Below, one piece after another: positions 1 through 12,300 of a DNA stretch of 64,000 nt. The translations under genes and the position numbers were made by a program. How positions within the stretch are numbered: the first letter of the stretch is position 1; every line of letters begins with the position of its first letter. Origin of the DNA: Atractiella rhizophila (Eukaryota); contig MU271332.1 in assembly GCA_021432655.1 (NCBI GenBank), positions 20,944 to 84,943 of the forward strand, read 5' to 3'. The notes under the pieces are model-generated. The model worked only from the letters and a program-made list of their open reading frames with translations, did no database searches and was not told the DNA's origin.

Positions 1-2023
1 AAATCAACGTTCTCCCGCGTCGCTAACATCAATAGCAAACATGGGCCATTCGACTTCGTACTCTGCTTAGGCGACTTATTCGATGATTCTGATACTTCTG
101 ATGAATTGGATGAGCTGCTGGGTGGCAAAATTGAAGTCTCCATTACTACTTACTTTTCGTTCGGCACGAAAGGTTTCCCCACGAAGGTCATGGAGAAATT
201 GAGGAGTGGGAGTGAGCTTTGCCACAATTTGGTCTTCCTTGGTGAGTTTCTGCCGTTAGAGATTGCTGGGATTGAAGGAAGTTCGGGATGTATAGGGAAG
301 CATGGAACCTTCACCACGTCGTCGGGTCTCAAACTTGTCACTTGCGGCGGTACTTTCGACTTGCAACACTTTGCATCGTCAACAGTGCACTCGGAAGATC
401 TCACACTTCCGTATATAGAGCCTACACCTTTCTCCAAACTGGTCTCAAGTGCCTCGGAATGCGACATACTAATCACGGCCTCCTTCCCTGCTTCCATTGG
501 CGCACATTCATCCAAGCTTCCTCCCAACATTCCCCAAGGATCGCAGCCTATTTCAGAGCTCCTATCAAAGTGTAAACCGAAATATCACTTTGTTGGAGGA
601 GAAGGAATCTTCTGGGAGAGGGAACCTTTCGCTTGGGAGGATGGCGAGAAAACTCGCGTCACAAGGTTCTTCAGTATCGGCGACGCGAACAATACGGACA
701 AGCAACGTGTGAGCACGATCTCTAAACCATATGCTCGCGTTCATTGACGTATGCTGCAGTGGTTTTATGCCTTTCAAATTAGTCCTACGACTCTTACTTC
801 GCCGCCTATTATTGTCCCACCCAATACGAGCGCCAACCCATTCTCCTCCTCTCGAGGTGTTAAACGGAAACTCGAGGACTCTGTTTCTCAGCCCAATTAT
901 ATCTTCGACTCTGCAGAAGGCAAGAGGCAGAAGCGTTCTGAACCTCCTGCGCACTACGTTTGTCGAAATTGCAAGATTCCCGGCCATTGGATTGAAGATT
1001 GTCCTCAACGTCGAGAAAGGGCAGAGAGAGATCCGAATCATCCACCGGATTCGTACGTGTGCAAAGTTTGCAATATCAAAGGACATTATATTCGAGATTG
1101 TCCCGTTAAAAAGGACCAAGACAGAACTGGGAACAAAGGGGGGATGCGGAATGCGCCGAGGGCGAGAGAGGAGATTGGACGTTCGTTTTCCCTGTCCCTC
1201 TTTGAGCAACATAGTCACATGATGTGATGAACAGCGGACAGCTGCTGGTTCTGTCTCAGCAACCCCAATCTGAACAAACACATTATCACCTCGATAGGGA
1301 ATGAGTGTTATCTGACACTTGCAAAAGGGCAAATCATTGATACCAATGGATCCATCATACCGGGAGGAGGGCACATCCTTATAATACCTGTATGCAACTT
1401 ATCTCGATGTACTGCAGTGCTCACGAGCTATGACAGATAGGTCATTATCAAACAGCTAAAGCTTTGCCAGACGATATCAGAGAATCCACCCTACAAGAGA
1501 TGGAGGTATACAAGGTAGCATTGAAGAAATTCTATGCGAAATACGACCACGACCTGGTAATTTGGGATGTCTCGCGCTCAACAGGTCGCGCATCTCATTT
1601 CTTCGTCTCTGTGCGCTCTGTACTTCTAATCAAACATGTCCTTTCTGATAGTACTCTCAGGTTTGTCCAGTTCCCAAGTCCCTCTCTCCTCAAATCGAAG
1701 AGACCTTCAAAACGGCGGCTGGTGAGGCAGGCTTCTCCTTCGAACCGCAGGAAGAGCTGTCTACGCCTCGAGTGAGGGATGCAAGTGACTTTTTCAAGGT
1801 CGACCTTCCGAATGGCAAATCGCTCGTGTACCTCATCCCTCCGTATACGGCCGGCGGTCAGCTCTTCAATCTGCAATTTGGGCGACTCGTCTTGGCTAAA
1901 CTGCTTGGTGACGAGGGGAGAGCTGATTGGAGAGCTTGTCAGCTTACGGAAGAAGAGGAAACGAGGGACGCAATGGAGTTCAAACAGGCATTCAAAGAAT
2001 TTGATCCATCCTTGCAGGATTGA
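1..2023 (+). CDS. CWF19-like protein 1 (Drn1/CwfJ family; lariat-debranching cofactor), 5' end outside window, multi-exon
   Basis: N-terminal pseudo-metallophosphoesterase region (KHGPFDFVLCLGDLF, DILIT, KPKYHF, FWEREPF). Two CCHC knuckles (CRNCKIPGHWIEDC, CKVCNIKGHYIRDC). CwfJ C-terminus (CWFCLSNP, YLTLAKG, GGGHILIIP, FNLQFGR, FKEFDP*). Stop at 2021-2023. Confidence 0.9.
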
Positions 2024-2244
2024 AATGCATGTAAAGTGTTACCATGCTAACCATGACTACCTCGCAATGCTACATCCTTTGATGGCGAGTGAGGCGTATA
2101 TGTCACAAGTCTCAGTCCGATTGTATCCACGTTTATTCGTTATTCAGTCATTTTCTGACGAGTTCAGAGCGAAACGGTGACCGTTGTTGTTCCCAGCCAG
2201 GAAACATCTTGTTAGGTTTGTAGGTTGGTGGCACAGGACAAGAT

Positions 2245-3147
2245 TCAGTATGGTACAAAACAATAGGAGCATTTGATAAAATAGCGATAATTAGGACACG
2301 ATACATCATGATGAGGAGTAACAAGATTGTCAACACATGGATTGAAGCTGCAACCAAAACATGAACAAATGCTAGTTTTACTCAATGATGTTGATGAGGA
2401 AAAATCGCCAATAATAAAAACAACATCAAGAAAAATTGAGAGATACTTTATGACAAGACAGAAGTGATGATTAGGACTCAAAGAGAAATTGGATGGACCA
2501 GCGTAGACCGGCGCGTATTCGTTAACGACTGGAGGCCAAGGTTACGCCCTGTTGACGAAAGAAGCCTATTTCCTTGGTAAAGCTGCTCAAACTCCAGTTC
2601 TCGTGATTAGAAGAAATGTAATAACCCACCTTACAAACACACTTCGGCTCAACAGCTCGATCTTAAACCAACTTTCGTGTCCTTCACTCCTGACTCCACT
2701 TCTCGTCCAATTCCTGCTGTCTTCTTTTCGCCTCTTGGAAGATGGCGTCAAACTCGGCCACGGTCAAATCGTCTGCTGTATGATTGATCTTGACAGCGTT
2801 ATCCCACGTCGGTTTCTTCCATTTACCCATACGCTCTATATCTTTCCAGGTGATGGGAGCGTCATACGACCTGAGATTGTATCTTCGTCCTGGAGCTCCA
2901 ACATTGGTGCGTGGTTGATGGACTTGGACGGAAGTGACTGAGGCGGAAGTACTTGGCTGAGCAACTGAGACACTGCTACTTTGTTGGGTTGTTTGAGAAA
3001 CAGCAGCAGCACTTGGCTGGGGGACTGTGGCGGAGGTCCTGTCCAAATTCCAGCCCTCGACGGTATCGATGACCGTCGCCAGTCTGTGAGAGGTGGCTGC
3101 TGGCATCGGCGGGATAATCGATAAGGGGCTGAGCGTCGCGATGTCAT
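2245..3147 (-). pseudogene. Decayed orphan gene (hypothetical protein) with premature stops
   Basis: The 140-aa ORF 3106-2684 stops at TGA. The frame continues (RTRKLVKIELLSR), crosses a plausible GT..CAG intron, passes TAG and TAA, and runs into ORF 2481-2245. The 3' part is strongly AT-rich. Confidence 0.4.
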
Positions 3148-3471
3148 GGTGGTCAGGCTGGTAACACTAGTCCCTTAGGATTAGGACAATCTGCAGTCTG
3201 GGGAAGAGAGAAAGCTTACCTAGCAAAGAGATCCATACCTGTAAGTATATCCAAGAAATGCTCAAGTTGGTTTGATGGTCGTCGCAAAACATAAAACATA
3301 ACAAATCCAGCTTGCTGCACGTGTTAAATAAACAAGGATCATCATCTGCCATCATCTTGCTTTTGAACCACTCCTCTCACTTTGACTGGTCCTTCGACGT
3401 TCACCTTCGCCAGCTTGAGGTTTGGCTCCGAGGCTCCGAGCTACAAATTTCTACCTTCTTCGACCTGTTTC

Positions 3472-4535
3472 ATGATGTCTTCCCTGATTCCTGCGTCAGA
3501 ACGGGAGCGGTTGGATGCTCTTGTTGAAGCGACTACTTTTTTGAACTGGTGGTTAGATGAAAAGTATGATGATCCAGTTGAGCGTGAAAGAGAGAAGCAG
3601 CGGGTGGCGAACTTGGAGCGCAATGAAGGGGAATTGTGGGAGATGGAAAACAGCGCCCTGGTTGATGCTCTTGTGGTGAAGTCTGTTGTGGAACTCAGGC
3701 AAGAAAGGCTGGATGGAAAGTTGAAGGCAGAAATGCTGAAGCATCAGCGTAAACTTGATGAAGAAATGTGGCTTAGGAATCAAGGTCAGAATCTGTTTTT
3801 ATTTATTGCGAGACATGTGGATTGATCTGAATGCCCAGAGTTTCAAGTTTCTCCCGCCCCTTACGTTGGTGTCGTCTATACCGATCCGGCTACAATTCCA
3901 GTTCACAAGCGTCCTCTTCAAATTCCTACAATCGAGACTCTCAAGATGAATAGGTCTCAATTTCTGCAAAGTAGGTCTTTGCTCTCCTGCTCATTTTCTC
4001 ATCAGTTAACTCAGAGGCAGGTATTCTTCAAACAGAGCAGGCTGCCCCAACTTTTGATAGCGGTACAAGACTCCTTTGCCTCATTTCACAGGACAGTGGA
4101 GCTGAATCATTGGGAAAAGTGAAATCGGATGGCATGAATATCGAGGATGACATAGAGGACGACTCTTTCTGGGACGATGAATTGTTTGCAGATGCGGGCA
4201 AACTATTTGACCCCATGTTCGATCAGGATATGGATGTCTACAAGCCTGTCGAATCCTTGCCACAGCTACTGGCAGATGATAGTAGGTGCTCATTAGATTG
4301 GAACTTTCCAAGCCAAGGAATTGACATCAGGCCACCAATCTCGCGAATCAGTCTTTGCCGATTCGAGTAAGAAAAGGCGATTGGACAACGAGGCGTGTTG
4401 TGGCGACGACATCCACGATACGAAGCGTTTTTGTCCAGCTGGTTTGTTACGCTCTTTGCTCCTATATATACTTATGTACAATGCGGTGTCTTAGGTCGAT
4501 ATGTAGATGATTCAGGGTGCGTTAGTGGCCTCTGA
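3472..4535 (+). CDS. Hypothetical (orphan) protein, 5 exons; coiled-coil-like N-terminus, acidic region, KKRR motif
   Basis: Removing four GT-AG introns (starting ~3785, ~3971, ~4282, ~4442) joins ORFs 3382-3825 and 4110-4370 into one frame ending ...DSSKKRRLDNE...VSGL* at 4533-4535. Confidence 0.6.
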
Positions 4536-5280
4536 GAACTATACCTGGACTCGTCGATCCATTCCTCTTCATAACACGCTCAAGTCCTCGTTATTAATGA
4601 CTGTCGTATTGATTTGTGCTTGAATTGGACTTTTATCGTGCCTATTCTTTATGATTTATCGCTTTCATCGAGATTGTTGTTGTGATAAATAGTTTGAAAT
4701 GAAGACGTAAAACATCTCCTATGCTTTATTGGCGTATCTGCCATCTGAAATGGAGTAGGAAATCTCTGCCACCGAACTTCCACACGCGTGCGCCTACTTG
4801 TGACACTTTTTTTTCACTATCGCCAGCTCTGTCAATATGCGGTCTTCCTCCTCATTTCAGTATTTCATTCAGTCTTTTAGCAAACATCTCGGGCCAACCT
4901 CGCTCAGCTCTGAGATTTGACGTTGTCCTGCTCTGAGACCCTTTCCAAGCCAATAGCTTCTGCATTCTTTCAGCCCACGCTTGTGCCTTCTCCGGCCCAG
5001 TGAAAATGAGGAAGGACTTAGATCTTCTCGTCGGAGCCACAATAGGGTGAATCGTTGGTCAGACTAAATTACGATGATCTGATTGAGCGCGAACGAGAAA
5101 GGCAGGCGACGCTAGACTTCGAGGAGATTGAAGGGAATGTGGGATGTAGGAAACAGAGCTCAGGTTGATGCTCTTGTGAGGTTCGGATAAATAGGTTGAA
5201 ATGACATTTCTCCTGTATTCCATACTAGTAGATACGGTAGGAATCTGCAACAGATGCCCACCGAAACGAGCAGAAAGAAC

Positions 5281-5345
5281 AGAATATCAAAGAAGAATAT
5301 CAAAGAAGAATATCAAAGAAGAATATCAAAGAAGAACATCAAAGA
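5281..5345. repeat. 13-bp tandem repeat (AGAATATCAAAGA) x5
   Basis: Four perfect copies and a fifth with one substitution (AGAACATCAAAGA). Confidence 0.95.
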
Positions 5346-5611
5346 AGGATGAAGACGGGAAGGTGTTCGCGGAGAATGTTAGAGCCGATGTTCTTCACAG
5401 CCACTTTCGACAAAGAACGCTGGTCAACAACGCGCAACATGAGGTTCAGCGTGGTGGAGAGAAAAACGACGAGGACATTTTCTGTCCACGATTTATCTCT
5501 CCAACCATCTCCTCTCCTCCGCCTCAAAATACCATCTCTTGCGGCTTCTGCCTTCAGTCTACGATACCTTTCGTCTCAGGCATCTCAGGATTCAGATCTT
5601 AGTGCAGCAGA

Positions 5612-6898
5612 ATGCCCCGGAGTTTGAAGTGTGCAGTGTTCGCGATTCTGGTGGCAGCTGGCCAGGTAGTGGCACAGACGTGCGTTTTCCTTCCCCCCTG
5701 TTGCAAGCTGGTGCTTTTGGGATTCGATAATAAACATGGGTCACAAACAGGAGCGATGCGGTTTGCGGATCGATTTCCTTTACCTGGGTTAGTTCACTCG
5801 CTGACCAATTGAACTTTTGCTTATCGTTTCTGTCTGCTTTGCAGGAGGTCAATTCGAAGGGGCAGTCCCCTTGCATTGTTGCTTCGACAATAATTTCCTA
5901 TACGCAAAATAGTCCCTTCAACTTATGGGCACTCCAGTCGCAGCCTGCTCGGTATCCGGGTATGTTGTGCACCTCATCGCACCTTTACTGTTACTAATCG
6001 ACAGACAGGTCCTGTACAGGTGCATTATTATCTCTTTTCTGCCTCGGGAACACCTTTAACAATGAGTATAGACCGATGAGGCTCACTGGGGATTTAATCG
6101 TGCTGTCTGTTCCATGGTTACCTACTCCCTACTAGCGGGATGTGCATATTGTCAAGGTTCTTCATGGCCTGTACGCTCCTCGTTTCACCTCGTTTCTTGC
6201 AAGCTTTCTGACATCGTGAACAGTCTTGGCCTGAGCAAATTCAGCACTGCAATTCCACATATCTGGGAAATGATCAAGGCGCGATCAAGGGTCTGCCCAT
6301 CGATGTACCGTCGATTACCGCTGTTCCCTCATGGGCGGAGTTCGACTACTCGAGCCTCACAGGCCAGACTTGGGACCCAGTACGGGCCCAGCTGATCTCA
6401 CAGCAAGCTGCTGGCAACGGAACCAATACGGGCACCGATAACTCTGACAATGGCGGTGGAAAGAAGAAATCTTCAATCGCAGGACCAGTTGCCGGAGGAG
6501 TTGTGGGAGGTGTGGCGGTGATCCTTGCCGTGATTGGAGCGTTCTGGTGGCGACGACGAAGGCTAGCGAAGCGCAGACAGTCTGATATGCAAGACTTGAG
6601 CTCGGAGAAGAACGCCTCTGATAATGGGAAGGTACCAGCTCCAACGCCATCTACCATTGCGTACCAACAGTCGTACTTCCCAGCTTCCGAGCCTCCTTCT
6701 CCTCCCGTCCACAGTGCCCACAACGAAGACATGAGGTACTACCTTTCCTCCACCCCACAGAGCTCGAGCGACGGGGGGAGGGTCGTTACCTCTCTCTACC
6801 CCTCTCAGGTCCTCCATCGATCCGCTGTACCGGAATTGCAGTCTTCGCCTGAGGTGGACGAACCTGATACCTACGACTCCTTTAGGAGGTCTGGTTGA
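5612..6898 (+). CDS. Secreted Cys-rich single-pass membrane (cell-surface) protein, basidiomycete family with Mid2-like TM segment
   Basis: Signal peptide MPRSLKCAVFAILVAAGQVVAQT. Spliced motifs NSKGQSPC, CSMVTYSLLAGCAYCQG and VPSWA. TM AGPVAGGVVGGVAVILAVIGAFWW followed by RRRR. Microexons at ~5751-5760 and ~6009-6019. Confidence 0.8.
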
Positions 6899-7187
6899 GT
6901 TATTTTTTCCTTTCATGGAAGGGATTTTCTTGTTGTACCTTGTATTACTATGCAGGCACTCTTTTGACGTTGGAAATGCAAGTAATGGTTAATGACGCTT
7001 CTCATTGAAACGTTCGCAAAGCACTGCTGTCATCTTCGAGTCCGATTACTTTCAATCTACCAAAAAGGATATGCCACACATGGATTGGTAACCTAAAAGA
7101 ACAAAATGCACTGGAGGAAGGAGATAACATGGCAGTGTAAAGATAAAGGTATGTAAATGCAGTTAAAGAAAGACCTAAAGGTTGGAC

Positions 7188-8501
7188 TTAGATAGCGGAA
7201 GCCTGCGCCGCGTGACTGTAAGCGTCCTGCATCAATACGTCGTCAGTTTCAGTTTCCGATTAGTCCGTAGGACAAAATGAAAACGCACTTGCTCCTCCGC
7301 AAGCATATCCGTCATCCTATCGTCGACATCGGTCTGTACTCCGTTTGCAGGCGAAGTAGCAGCGGTGCTAGCCGCTAGCGCAAATGGGTCCTGAGTTTGC
7401 GCTGCATGCGTTGCAGGTGCAGGTCCAGCTGGGGCAGAGCTACTAGCTCCAGTGGCCCCAGTCTCGGTTGGCTGTCGTCTCCTCCTCCTTCTTCGTGGGA
7501 GGGTTATGAACTTGGGCAGCGGACGCCTATCTAGATCTAAGGCAATGTTCGTCGCAGCCTGGAGAGCTATACATATAAATTGTTAGACTTAGATATTGGC
7601 TGTGATAGAGAAAAAGATGAACCTTCGATGAGGTGGATGACAGCTGCATCGTCTTTGGCTTGTACTAAGAACTGCTCGCCTTCAGCTCGAATGCGCACGA
7701 CGTGTTTTCGCTTCAGGTAGTCGGCTGCAAGACCAGACTCAGCGTTTTGAAGAGAGTAATGTCGGATGAGCTGGTTCGAAGAACTGTAAACTGGCAATTT
7801 CGAACCCCCCGTGCGACTGGTCGCTGTGGGAGCTCCAGGGGTACCGTACTATCAAGACCGTAAGTCCTAAAACGTCTATGAGCAACAAGAGGAAACGAAC
7901 TTGACCCCTATGAAAATGAACCGGGTCGGTGGAATGTTTGCGCTTCTGAACATTACCATTCATCCACGCATCAGGTTTAGGAGCTGCCTCTGGATAGTCA
8001 AGTTGGCCAGCGACAGGATGGGTTGCCAGATCCGTCTTAAAAAATTTGATACTCGTTCCATGCAGAATAAAATAAACTCGCTTCCAGGATCTGTCGCGAG
8101 CCTGAACACCCAGGGACATGAACTCCATCTTGCGATAAAAGTATCCTTCGAGGTGAACATCACAAGAGTACCGTGGCAGTGGTTCCCGCCCTTCTTCTTC
8201 CCGAGGATGAACAATTTGAGGAGCTTCAGTCCCACGCTTGTAGACAACGTGATAACCAGGCGGATCCTGATCAGGAAGCATGTCGGCGTCGGGGGCGCGA
8301 ACTTCAAACATAGAGCGAACACGATGTATCTGTTTTCCTGCGCCAGGCGACGGTGGTGGCACATCCGCCTCTTCCTCCCGCTGTTCAGGAATTACGAGAC
8401 CAGGTACGATGCCCTTGATGGTCCCAGAACGCATAGGTGACCTCGACCGACCACGTCCATCGTCAGTGCGGAAGGCTTCCTCCACCTCTCGAGGAATGTC
8501 A
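7188..8501 (-). pseudogene. Duplicated 3' fragment of the PH-domain gene (no 5' end)
   Basis: Near-identical to 9385-10698 and truncated at the duplication junction. Confidence 0.85.
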
Positions 8502-9086
8502 TCGATTACCGCTGTTCCCTCATGGGCGGAGTTCGACTACTCGAGCCTCACGGGCCAGACTTGGGACCCAGTACGAGCCCAGCTGATCTCACAGCAAGCT
8601 GCTGGCAACGGAACCAATACGGGCACCGATAACTCTGGGAACGGCGGTGGAAAGAAATCCTCCATCGCTGGACCGGTGGCTGGAGGAGTTGTGGGAGGTG
8701 TGGCGGTGATCCTTGCTGTGATTGGAGCGTTCTGGTGGCGACGACGAAGGCTGGCGAAGCGCAGACAGTCTGATATGCAAGACTTGAGCTCGGAGAAGAA
8801 CGCCTCTGATAATGGGAAGGTGCCAGCTCCAACCCCGTCAACCATTGCTTACCAACAGTCCTACTTTCCGGCTTCTGAGCCTCCTTCTCCTCCCGTCCAC
8901 AGCGTCCACAATGAAGACATGAGGTACTACCTTTCCTCCACCCCACAGAGCTCGAGCGACGGGGGGAGGGTCGTTACGTCTCTCTACCCCTCTCAGGTCC
9001 TCCATCGATCCGCTGTACCGGAATTGCAGTCTTCGCCTGAGGTGGACGAACCTGATACCTACGACTCCTTTAGGAGGTCTGGTTGA
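8502..9086 (+). pseudogene. Duplicated 3' fragment of the surface-protein gene (TM plus cytosolic tail)
   Basis: Near-identical to 6311-6898. Lacks the signal peptide and Cys-rich exons. Confidence 0.85.
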
Positions 9087-9384
9087 GTTATTTTTTCCTT
9101 TCATGGAAGGGATTTTCTTGTTGTATCTTGTATTACTATGCAGGCACTCTTTTGACGTTGGAAAATGCAAGTAATGGTTAATGACGCTTCTCATTGAAAC
9201 GTTCGCAAAGCCGTTCGCAAAGCGATGCTGTGATCTTCGAGTCCGATTACTTTCAATCTACCAAAAAGGATATGCCACACATGGATTGGTAACCTAAAAG
9301 AACAAAATGCACTGGAGGAAGGAACATGGCAGTGTAAAGATAAAGGTATGTAAATGCAGTTAAAGAAAGACCTAAAGGTTGGAC

Positions 9385-12300
9385 TTAGATAGCGGAAGCC
9401 TGCGCCGCGTGACTGTAAGCGTCCTGCATCCATACGTCGTCAGTTTCAGTTTCCGATTAGTCCATAGGACAAAATGAAAACGCACTTGCTCCTCCGCAAG
9501 CATATCCGTCATCCTATCGTCGTCATCGGTCTGTACTCCGTTTGCAGGCGAAGCAGCAGCGGTGCTAGCCGCTAGCGCAAATGGATCCTGAGTTTGCGCT
9601 GCATGCGTTGCGGGTGCAGGTCCCGCTGGGGCAGAGGTACTAGCTCCAGTGGCCCCAGTTTCGGTCGGCTGTCGTCTCCTCCTCCTTCTTCGTGGGAGGG
9701 TTATGAACTTGGGCAGCGGACGCCTATCCAGATCCAAGGCAATGTTCGTCGCAGCCTGGAGAGCTATACATATAAATTGTTAGACTTAGATATTGGCTGT
9801 GATAGAGAAAAAGATGAACCTTCGATGAGGTGGATGACAGCTGCATCGTCTTTGGCTTGTACTAAGAACTGCTCGCCTTCAGCTCGAATGCGCACGACGT
9901 GTTTTCGCTTCAGGTAGTCGGCTGCAAGACCAGACTCAGCGTTTTGAAGAGAGTAATGTCGGATGAGCTGGTTCGAAGAACTGTAAACTGGCAATTTCGA
10001 ACCCCCCGTGCGACTGGTCGCTGTGGGAGCTCCAGGAGTACCGTACTATCAAGACCGTAAGTCCTAAAACGTCTATGAGCAACAAGAGGAAACGAACTTG
10101 ACCCCTATGAAAATGAACCGGGTCGGTGGAATGTTTGCGCTTCTGAACATTACCATTCATCCACGCATCAGGTTTAGGAGCTGCCTCTGGATAGTCAAGT
10201 TGGCCAGCGACAGGATGGGTTGCCAGATCCGTCTTAAAAAATTTGATACTCGTTCCATGCAGAATAAAATAAACTCGCTTCCAGGATCTGTCACGAGCCT
10301 GAACACCCAAGGACATGAACTCCATCTTGCGATAAAAGTACCCTTCGAGGTGAACATCACAAGAGTACCGTGGCAGTGGCTCCCGCCCTTCTTCTTCCCG
10401 AGGATGAACAATTTGAGGAGCTTCAGTCCCACGCTTGTAGACAACGTGATAACCAGGCGGATCCTGATCAGGAAGCATGTCTGCGTCGGGGGCGCGAACT
10501 TCAAACATAGAGCGAACACGATGTATCTGTTTTCCTGCGCCAGGCGACGGTGGTGGCACATCCGCCTCTTCCTCCCGCTGTTCAGGAATTACGAGACCAG
10601 GTACGATGCCCTTGATGGTCCCAGAACGCATAGGTGACCTCGACCGACCACGTCCATCGTCAGTGCGGAAGGCTTCCTCCACCTCTCGAGGAATGTCAAC
10701 GACGCTTCGACTCCTCTGCCTCGTGAACCTTGGACGAGGAACGTGCTCCTTAGCCGGTGTCTGGATAGTTTCAACCTCTTCCCCAGGCGTGCGGGACCCA
10801 GATTCAGCTAGAAGCGTTGCCGCCACGTTAGGTGGTGAAGATGACAGGTTATCGAAGTAAGATCCAAACGAAGGGTCTGCAATCGACCATGGTCTGGCAG
10901 TGGATCCCCCTGGCGTAAAGGCAGCGTCAAAGACGGACCACCGATTTGTAGGAGTGGTCGTGGGTTCTGGTATCGCTACCGGCACAGGTGGCAGGGAAGG
11001 GAGAGGACGACTTGGTGGTGCTCTTGAAGCTCGGCTGGGTGGAGGCTCAGGGAGATCATCGGCTATTCGCGCACTGCCAGGCCGTGAAGGAACATTTGGT
11101 ATGACTGTGGATCCAGTACCCGGCCTGTCGCCTTTCAGTGTCGAAGCGGTAGTTGGGCGCTCCATTGTTCCCCTGCGGGAAGGAGAGGGAGTCGGAAGCG
11201 GAGGTACTTCGGTTCTATCGACTGCAGGGCTAGGGGGTCGTAGCGTGGACTGCCGTGAAGGAAGGGGAAGTGAGTTGATTGCAGTTTCATTCTCATCCCG
11301 TGCTTCCTCTTCATTCTCCTCTGATTCACTTTCGCTCTCGCCGTCTTCGGTATCCATCGTCCCATCTTCCATCTCTTCATCCTCTACGGAAAAGGCACCC
11401 TCTTCCACAGATTCTTCAATGGTGTCCGCATCGTCCGTCTCGCTCTCGTCTATATCCGAAGAATCTGAAGTCGTCGAGGTCCGTTCTGGCGCATCGTACG
11501 ACATCAATCGAGGCATGGTCCGCATGCGTCGTGCCACCGCACTCTCCCTGCCCATTGAAGTTCTCCCAAAGGTATTGAAGGCGGCGGGATGAGCCGAGCC
11601 CTCTCGAACACCCACGAAATCTCGAAAGCCAGAGGTGCGTCCGACCGTGGCAGGGCTAAAGGCTACAGGCGTCATCGTGATTGGAGAAGCACTGAAGAAG
11701 TCGTGACTAGGATTGGGAAACATGCGGAGGGGAGTGAGCATGTTGGTGGAATCTGAGGGGGATGAAGCAGAGGAAGAAGTGGTGAAAAGGGGTGCGAGGA
11801 CCGGTTTTTGAGTGGAGGTCGGGGAGGAGGAGGCGAATGAAATATCCGGAAAGGCTGGATGGCCATTGGGTCGCGACAAACTCGAAGAAGGGCCAACGGG
11901 AGAATCGCCAAGGCTCGCCATCCTGTCCAATGTCATGGACGGTTTCCTCGATTCCGGCAACGCTACTTCCTGCGGTAGAACTTCCTTCCCTTTCCTGCTC
12001 CCTGCAACGGGTATTGAGGGTGTTGAAGAAAGCGATCTGCGCGGTTCCGCTGGTGGTGTGGAAGCATCAGACGTCTCTTGAGTGATATCTCGTAACTGCA
12101 TGTCGAAATCCCTTGCGGTCGGTGTTGATGGTTGCAGGGTTGTGGGGGTATGAGATGCGGAAGCGGTTGGGGTAGAGGCCATGGAATTTTCGTGAGAATC
12201 GGGGAGGGGGATACTGAATGCATGGGTGCTGGGAGTGATCGTGGATGTTGACGCCGAGACGACTCTCCTGCTTGGCATGACAGTGGAAGTGGAGACAGAG

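Larger units (their letters stand above)
6311..10698. repeat. Head-to-tail duplication, units 6311-8501 and 8502-10698
   Basis: The two units are near-identical, with scattered SNPs and small indels. Junction reads gaatgtca|tcgattacc. Confidence 0.97.

Noticed and set aside
950..1105. Two CCHC zinc knuckles suggesting a retrotransposon gag
   Set aside because: They are in frame within the CWF19L1-like gene, and no RT, integrase or LTRs are present.
3526..3660. ATTFLNWWLDEKYDDP...EKQRVA resembles TALE/HD1 homeodomain helices 1-2 and lies in a divergent gene pair, as in HD mating-type loci
   Set aside because: There is no PYP loop and no WFxNxR recognition helix, and the partner gene has no homeodomain.
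5281..5345. Direct repeats as a CRISPR-like array
   Set aside because: There are no spacers, the unit is only 13 bp, and the context is eukaryotic.
8280..9086. 268-aa ORF as an independent gene
   Set aside because: It is a junction chimera of antisense PH-gene sequence and the duplicated TM tail.
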